Below are positions 58,936 to 64,000 of a stretch of DNA of 64,000 nucleotides, in pieces (the stretch's first letter is position 1; the number at the start of each line of letters is the position of its first letter). Source of the stretch: Polyangiales bacterium (lineage in GTDB: Bacteria > Myxococcota_A > Polyangia > Polyangiales > Houyiibacteriaceae). The DNA lies in the NCBI GenBank assembly GCA_045106895.1, contig JBGCFM010000149.1, positions 32,001 through 96,000 on the forward strand, written 5' to 3'. The notes below the pieces were generated by a model. That model made no database searches and was not told the DNA's origin. It saw only the letters and a program-made list of their open reading frames with translations. The position numbers and the translations under genes were made by a program.

Positions 58936-60267
58936 TCAGTGTTCGCAAAGCGAGACGCTTCGGACGTTGTGACTCTGCTTATGCAGACGACGTTCTTCCA
59001 TCAACGCGAGGCGCTCCACGCACGCGGCCTCGAAGGTCATCGATTCCTGCGGCGGAGGAACGTCATCCATTCCTGTGATCCTATGGTCGGGATGAACGAG
59101 CCAAAAGACCACGACCCGGCGCCTCGCCGTACCCCCACCCGCGACGCTCATCTTCGAAAGCTTGTGCACGTGGCAGTTCGGAAAAACAAAGAGCTGCTGG
59201 TCCGTGGTCTCCATAGAACCAAGCGGGATGTGCGCCTCGTCAACCATCTCCTCGATGACCTTCGGACGGCATTGCGCCACATTCCAGAAGAGCGCGCCGG
59301 CGTCGTCTTGTGTGTAAGGGCGCTTAAAACGAAGGGCGCCGCCTTCGAGGTTCTCATCCCGCGCGAGGGTGTAGACGCCCGTCGCGAGGATGTTCTCGTG
59401 GGACATCCCCTCCACGTGCCAAACACCTTCGAAGCTCTCATCCCCTTCGAGTTTGTATTCGATGATCTTGGTGATGACCTGGAGACGACGACCCTTAAGA
59501 TTCTGTGGCGGAGCGACCTTCGCCTCCACGGGTTTCGCGGGTGGCTCTGGAAGCTCGTGCTCTCCTTCCAAAGAGTCGTCGAGGAGCGTCAGCCCCTCCG
59601 CATACCCAGCCACGCTCTCGAAGAGCGGCACGAACTGCTCAAAGAGCTCAGCGAGGGCTGCGTACATGAGCTCGTTCTCGCTGCGCGGGAGATTGTTGAT
59701 CTCACCTTCCACGACGACCGTGCCTTCCTCGCTCACGACAAAGTCCGTGGGCAACCACTGATACTTCGATGCCTCGTAGGGACGCTTCCAGAGGTCGAGT
59801 GTAGGAGTCTCACCGCTCTGTGCCGCGGAGTCGATGTGCGGATAGAGCGACGGATGAACGAGGTCGCGAACGATGGTCCCTGACCCGGGGTGGTAGTCCA
59901 CACGGCCATTCATGAGCGCATCGAAGCCCGCTGTCAGCTTTGCGACCAGGGCGCCGTCGACAGCTTCTTGGAGCGCGAGTCCTTCCGGTCGCCCTCGCTG
60001 GAGGAACGTCTCCCACAGGCCGCGGAGGCTTGGGCGGTCCACAAAGTAGAACTCCCCAGCGTCCACATCGAGCGTCTCAACGCGCCCATCGCGGAGACGA
60101 ACCTTCGTCTCCGCGCCGAGGGAAATGACCTTTCCTTCCGGCGTGTGACCGCTCTCGTCTTCGAGCTCCACGACATCCCCGATGCGAAGCTCCTCGTCGT
60201 AGCTCTCTGCGACGAGGGTCGAAATGAACGAACGAGTGGGACCGAGGGCTGGGGCGAACTTGCTCAT
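58936..60267 (-). CDS. DUF4246 family protein
   Basis: DYHPGS..RDLVHPSLYP, YQWLP, INNL, WHVEG, FPN..H, FWLV.P. Confidence 0.85.
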   Translation of the reverse strand: MSKFAPALGPTRSFISTLVAESYDEELRIGDVVELEDESGHTPEGKVISLGAETKVRLRDGRVETLDVDAGEFYFVDRPSLRGLWETFLQRGRPEGLALQEAVDGALVAKLTAGFDALMNGRVDYHPGSGTIVRDLVHPSLYPHIDSAAQSGETPTLDLWKRPYEASKYQWLPTDFVVSEEGTVVVEGEINNLPRSENELMYAALAELFEQFVPLFESVAGYAEGLTLLDDSLEGEHELPEPPAKPVEAKVAPPQNLKGRRLQVITKIIEYKLEGDESFEGVWHVEGMSHENILATGVYTLARDENLEGGALRFKRPYTQDDAGALFWNVAQCRPKVIEEMVDEAHIPLGSMETTDQQLFVFPNCHVHKLSKMSVAGGGTARRRVVVFWLVHPDHRITGMDDVPPPQESMTFEAACVERLALMEERRLHKQSHNVRSVSLCEH

Positions 60268-60329
60268 GTCGCGACGCTAGCGGACAGCGAGTGTTTGCGA
60301 AACCTCGTCCAAAGCGATTGAATGGCGAC

Positions 60330-60989
60330 GTGCTTCCTCCGCGCACCGAAGAAGAGCTCGTCGAACGAGCCCGCCACCTCACCGGCCGTACCCTCGGCGA
60401 AATCGCTGCGCGTCTGAACGTGCCGCTGCCGGAATCCCAAGCGCGGGCCAAGGGACTCGTGGGCCAGCTCATGGAGAAAGCCCTCGGCGCGAGCGCGGGG
60501 AGCCGAAGCGAACCTGACTTTCTGGAGATTGGCGTCGAGTTGAAGACTCTTCCCGTCGGCGCGGATGGGAAACCCAAGGAGAGCACCTTCGTCGCCTCGC
60601 TCCCCTTGATGACGCTGACGGAGGTCGACTACGAGGACAGCTTCGTCGCCAAGAAGCTGGTCCGTGTGCTGTGGGTACCGATCCAAGCAGATCCGGCGAT
60701 TCCACTCAGGGACCGCCGGGTCGGTCGCGCGCTCTTGTGGTCACCCACCGAGGAGGAGCGAGCTGTCCTACGGGCGGACTACGAGCGCATCGCTCATCTC
60801 GTCCTCGACGGCGCCCACGCCGACGTGAATGGTCGTCTCGGGACGTACCTACAGGTCAGACCCAAAGCCGCAGACAGCCAGGTGCGCGGAAAAACCATGG
60901 ATGACCTTGGCCAGATCGCTTGGACGGGGCCACGCGGATTCTATCTGCGGCCGCAGTTCACCCTGCGCGTCCTTCGATCGATGACGTGA
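60330..60989 (+). CDS. mutH: MutH-family GATC endonuclease
   Basis: PPRTEEEL, LGASAGS..EPDF..GVELKT, STFV, LWSP, YLQVRPKAA, RGFYL; start 60330 or 60291. Confidence 0.9.
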   Translation: MLPPRTEEELVERARHLTGRTLGEIAARLNVPLPESQARAKGLVGQLMEKALGASAGSRSEPDFLEIGVELKTLPVGADGKPKESTFVASLPLMTLTEVDYEDSFVAKKLVRVLWVPIQADPAIPLRDRRVGRALLWSPTEEERAVLRADYERIAHLVLDGAHADVNGRLGTYLQVRPKAADSQVRGKTMDDLGQIAWTGPRGFYLRPQFTLRVLRSMT

Positions 60990-61019
60990 TACGGTGCCGC
61001 CGGGGCACGAAAGGACCAC

Positions 61020-61766
61020 ATGATGAACAAACGAATATGGCTCGCCTGCGCTTGTATGCTGGCAGTGAGCACAACGACCCAGGCGCAAATGATGGGAATG
61101 GGCGTGGGCGAAGCTCGCATGGAAGCCCGAGCTGCTCGCATGGAAGCACGTGAAGCTGGCATGAACGCCGCGGGGCTCCGAATGGACGCTCGCGAGGCTG
61201 CCATGGAAGCACGCGAAGCCCGCATGGACGCGCGAATGATGGAGCGTGGTGAAGAACGCGGCGCAGCCCGCATGGAAGCACGTGCCCTGGGCATGGAAGC
61301 ACGCGAAGCACGCCGGGAAGCCAACATGGCCAACCGCACAGCGCGCCGAGCAAACGCACGCGCACGGAACGAGACCGAGGAGGCCCGCGAAGCGCGACGC
61401 GAAGCTCGTCAGACCCGTCGTCAGGCACGTCGCGAAGCACGCCGGGAGCGTCGCGAAGAGAGTGCCGAAGAGCGAGCCGAACGCCGTCGTGCACGCCGCG
61501 CCGAGCGCTGGGCGAAAGTGAAGGAGAACATCGGTCTCGGTAGCATCGAGGAACTCGAAGCTCCAATCCGAGCGGAGCTGACCAACCATGCGCGCCGGAT
61601 GGCTCGCCTGGAGCGAGTGAGTGACTTGGCTACGGAAGCTTCGAACGAAGAAGCTGTGGCTCGAATTCAGGTAGCGATCACCCGTGAAGATGATCGGCAC
61701 GAGCGACAGCTTCTTCAGCTGACAGCCGTTCATAACGCAGACGTGGCCGTGGAGGTGACACCATGA
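61020..61766 (+). CDS. Secreted Arg/Glu/Ala/Met-rich repetitive helical protein
   Basis: AAGGA RBS, signal peptide, many (R)MEAR/EARR repeats. Confidence 0.75.
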   Translation: MMNKRIWLACACMLAVSTTTQAQMMGMGVGEARMEARAARMEAREAGMNAAGLRMDAREAAMEAREARMDARMMERGEERGAARMEARALGMEAREARREANMANRTARRANARARNETEEAREARREARQTRRQARREARRERREESAEERAERRRARRAERWAKVKENIGLGSIEELEAPIRAELTNHARRMARLERVSDLATEASNEEAVARIQVAITREDDRHERQLLQLTAVHNADVAVEVTP

Positions 61767-62068
61767 AGAATGTACTTCGAATCGCATTGATGAGCCTCAT
61801 GGGCCTGGGGTTGACCGCTTGCGGCGGTGAAGAGCCAGCGGAAGAACCTGTGACGGAGGAACCAACAGAAGCCGAAGCGGAAGCCGAGACGGCGGAAGCC
61901 GAAGCCGAGTCGACGGAAGCACCTGAGGAAGTTGCGGAAGCTGCGCCGAGCGAGGCAGAGCTGCCGATCGCCGAAGACTTCGAAGAAGAGATGGCGGAAG
62001 CCATCACCGCTGAGAACTACGACGATGTCTTGGCGCAGATCGAAGCAGAGCTCGCTCCCGCGGAGTAG
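61763..62068 (+). CDS. Small acidic lipoprotein
   Basis: GGAGG RBS, LTAC lipobox, Glu/Ala-rich. Confidence 0.8.
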   Translation: MKNVLRIALMSLMGLGLTACGGEEPAEEPVTEEPTEAEAEAETAEAEAESTEAPEEVAEAAPSEAELPIAEDFEEEMAEAITAENYDDVLAQIEAELAPAE

Positions 62069-62080
62069 CTCACCGAAACA

Positions 62081-62116
62081 AGAAACCCCGTTGCAGATCT
62101 GCAGCGGGGTTTTTCT
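62081..62116. terminator. Bidirectional Rho-independent terminator
   Basis: AGAAACCCCGTTGCAG..CTGCAGCGGGGTTTTTCT between convergent genes. Confidence 0.85.
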
Positions 62117-62146
62117 AATTCGAAAGCGTTTTGCGCAGTCCGGGGC

Positions 62147-62581
62147 TCAAGCGACGTCAGCGACGCGACTCGATGTCGCAGTAACCGTCACGCCTGTACC
62201 GGAGATTTGACTGGTCACGGTGGTGGCCAGCGCCATCATGCTAAAGCGGTCTGGACCAGCGGCGTCGAGGACAACGGTGCCTTCTCCGTTGCCAGCCATG
62301 GGCGTCACAAGCGCGCGAATAGCGAGGGAGCGGGCCGAGAGCAGGTCCGCACCGGTGCCACCCCCGCCGACCAAAACGCCGCGGCAAATGTTCCCACCAC
62401 CCGCGACAAAGGACGCGACGACGGTGCGCACACGCTGAGCGAAGTCCATGGCGGATTCGTCACTGGCCTGGGCCAGGCTCAGGACCGACGGCGTGCCGAC
62501 GGCGAAGCGAGTGGCCCACGCACTGCCATCCGCGCCGTACTCGGCAACGATGATGGAAGTGGGTTCGCGATGCATTTGCAT
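62147..62581 (-). CDS. Hypothetical protein
   Basis: ORF downstream of a near-consensus sigma54 motif and ending at a terminator. Confidence 0.6.
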   Translation of the reverse strand: MQMHREPTSIIVAEYGADGSAWATRFAVGTPSVLSLAQASDESAMDFAQRVRTVVASFVAGGGNICRGVLVGGGGTGADLLSARSLAIRALVTPMAGNGEGTVVLDAAGPDRFSMMALATTVTSQISGTGVTVTATSSRVADVA

Positions 62582-62636
62582 GATGAAGAGACGCTTGTCG
62601 GAGTCAAAGGTTCTGGGGTTTCTGCGATAATTACTA

Positions 62637-62652
62637 AGCAAGGGTTATGCCA
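62637..62652 (-). promoter_or_regulatory. Putative sigma54 promoter
   Basis: Minus strand TGGCATAACCCTTGCT. Confidence 0.75.
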
Positions 62653-62834
62653 ACATGTATTCGGGCGTTTTATGCCCAACTTTAGTCAAAGCGTGAAGAT
62701 TCCGACGTCAAAAGCGTGACGTCTCGTTCCCAGGGTGGCCGCTCGACTGGCCACCCTGGCCTCTCGGAGAGACGGGTTCGTGACATCAGCGGAGCCGACG
62801 ATGAAAAAAGTAACGCTATCGTGAACATCTTAGC

Positions 62835-62863
62835 TTGACGCCTTGCCGCAAAATCGCTACATC
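62835..62863 (+). promoter_or_regulatory. Putative sigma70 promoter of the tRNA operon
   Basis: TTGACG-N17-TACATC followed by a GC-rich discriminator. Confidence 0.5.
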
Positions 62864-62891
62864 GGGCCCGGCCGAGCAGCAGCCGGTATGT

Positions 62892-62964
62892 GGGCCGTTA
62901 GCTCAGTTGGCAGAGCAGTGGGCTTTTAACCCGACGGTCACAGGTTCGAGCCCTGTACGGCCTA
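62892..62964 (+). tRNA. tRNA-Lys(UUU)
   Basis: Cloverleaf GGGCCGT..ACGGCCT-A, anticodon loop CTTTTAA, TTCGAGC T-loop. Confidence 0.95.
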
Positions 62965-63057
62965 CCCAGATTCTTCGCTTTTATAACGACTTAAACTTAA
63001 GATATTGTGTTGATGATTCTTCGCATGGTTCGCCATGCACGGACTCCGGTCCAACTT

Positions 63058-63130
63058 GTCCCTATCGTCTAGTGGCCCAGGACTCCGGCTTTTCACGCCG
63101 GCAACCCGAGTTCAAACCTCGGTGGGGACG
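63058..63130 (+). tRNA. tRNA-Glu(UUC)
   Basis: Cloverleaf GTCCCTA..TGGGGAC-G, CCGGC-TTTTCAC-GCCGG anticodon arm. Confidence 0.95.
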
Positions 63131-63170
63131 CCCAGTTCACACGTCGACTCCTGGCTTTTCCAGTCGGCAA

Positions 63171-63212
63171 GAAAAGAGCCTCTGACCCATTTCGGGTCAG
63201 GGGCTTTTTTTT
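63171..63212 (+). terminator. Rho-independent terminator of the tRNA operon
   Basis: GAGCCTCTGACCC..GGGTCAGGGGCT followed by a long T run. Confidence 0.9.
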
Positions 63213-63321
63213 GTCGCTTCCGAGCGCTGTGTTGCCCGATGTCGGTCCCCGACGTCTTCGCCGAAGGCTCTCAAGGGGAGCTTCTTGTTTCTCTGGACGA
63301 CGAAGCGGGCCGAAAGCGGCA

Positions 63322-63504
63322 TCTAACCCCAGTGTTCTCGACTGGGTGTGCTCAAATGGGCGTGTGCTCAAATGGGCGAGCGATTTCGTTCATGGCAAGG
63401 CGCGGCGATGAAGGAAGGTCCCCGACCTTTCGAAGAGTCGCAACGCGGCCATGAGCGGAAGGAGCCGCCCAGTTGGGTACACCCAATCGAACACTGGGGT
63501 TAGA
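63322..63504. mobile_element. MITE-like element with ~40-bp terminal inverted repeats
   Basis: Left TCTAACCCCAGTGTTCTCGACTGGGTGTGCTCAAATGGGCG versus reverse complement of right TCTAACCCCAGTGTTCGATTGGGTGTACCCAACTGGGCG. Confidence 0.65.
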
Positions 63505-64000
63505 GTCCGTTGTTCCTCAGAAGCGCGTCGAACTCCGCGTCACTGAGCACAAGGCCTTCGGCGATCGCTGCGTCATAAACGTCATGGGCCTCGGCCACTG
63601 TGATGATCTCAAGTCCCGCCAAGATGGCGGCGGCCTCCGCGTAGTGGTGGAAGAGGTGCAGTCCGACGAGGCGGTGATCGCTGACGGTCTGATTGACCAT
63701 GTGAATGAGGCCCGCTTGGATACGATCGGGGTAGAGGACGCGCATCTCTCGGTACACCTCGGGATCGCGATGGCTGGTGTCACCGAAGAGCACGTAGGAG
63801 CGGCCTGGGTTTGCGTCGAGAATTCGGGACGCGTCCCGAACTTTTTCTGCCTGGGCGAGCCAAGGCACTCCGGAGATTCCTGTGTCGATGGGACCTGTGG
63901 GCAAGCCGTGCGACTCTAGGTAGTCCGGCATGTCGATGACGCGCTCCGGGGTGCGAGCCGTCACGTAGTTCAAGCGGTCCGTACCGGCGAGTCCGCCGGA
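63500..64000 (-). CDS. App1/DUF2183-like phosphatase, 3' part (partial)
   Basis: YVTARTP and LFGDTSHRDPEVY motifs; ORF runs off the window. Confidence 0.75.
   Translation of the reverse strand, partial: SGGLAGTDRLNYVTARTPERVIDMPDYLESHGLPTGPIDTGISGVPWLAQAEKVRDASRILDANPGRSYVLFGDTSHRDPEVYREMRVLYPDRIQAGLIHMVNQTVSDHRLVGLHLFHHYAEAAAILAGLEIITVAEAHDVYDAAIAEGLVLSDAEFDALLRNNGL

Noticed and set aside
62965..63320. Integrated prophage or island at the tRNA genes
   Set aside because: No integrase and no duplicated tRNA 3' end within the window

Overview
High-GC bacterial chromosome segment, most likely Myxococcota (Polyangiales/Sandaracinus-like). This assignment rests on a MYXO-CTERM-type protein, a Pkn-type kinase, Asp-Ala-Gly-linker lipoproteins and sigma54 promoters. 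Most of the window is core genome: the asd 3' end, truA, glpD, cysC, mltG, ruvX, glk, smpB, comF, rlmH, rsfS, proBA, pilD, dnaE, tRNA-Lys and tRNA-Glu. Accessory genes are interspersed: two sulfotransferases with an ABC exporter, a Type ISP-like methyltransferase lacking nuclease/helicase, MutH, a spondin lipoprotein, a penicillin acylase and a 1282-aa M48 peptidase. The most notable signal not explained by genes is a 61-bp, length-invariant intergenic element found three times (12363-12423 +, 42961-43021 -, 52107-52167 +), which can fold into a two-hairpin three-way junction. Also seen: a MITE-like element with ~40-bp terminal inverted repeats behind the tRNA pair, three sigma54 promoter motifs, and a frameshifted small exported-protein gene. 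All product calls come from motif recognition by eye; no database search was run.
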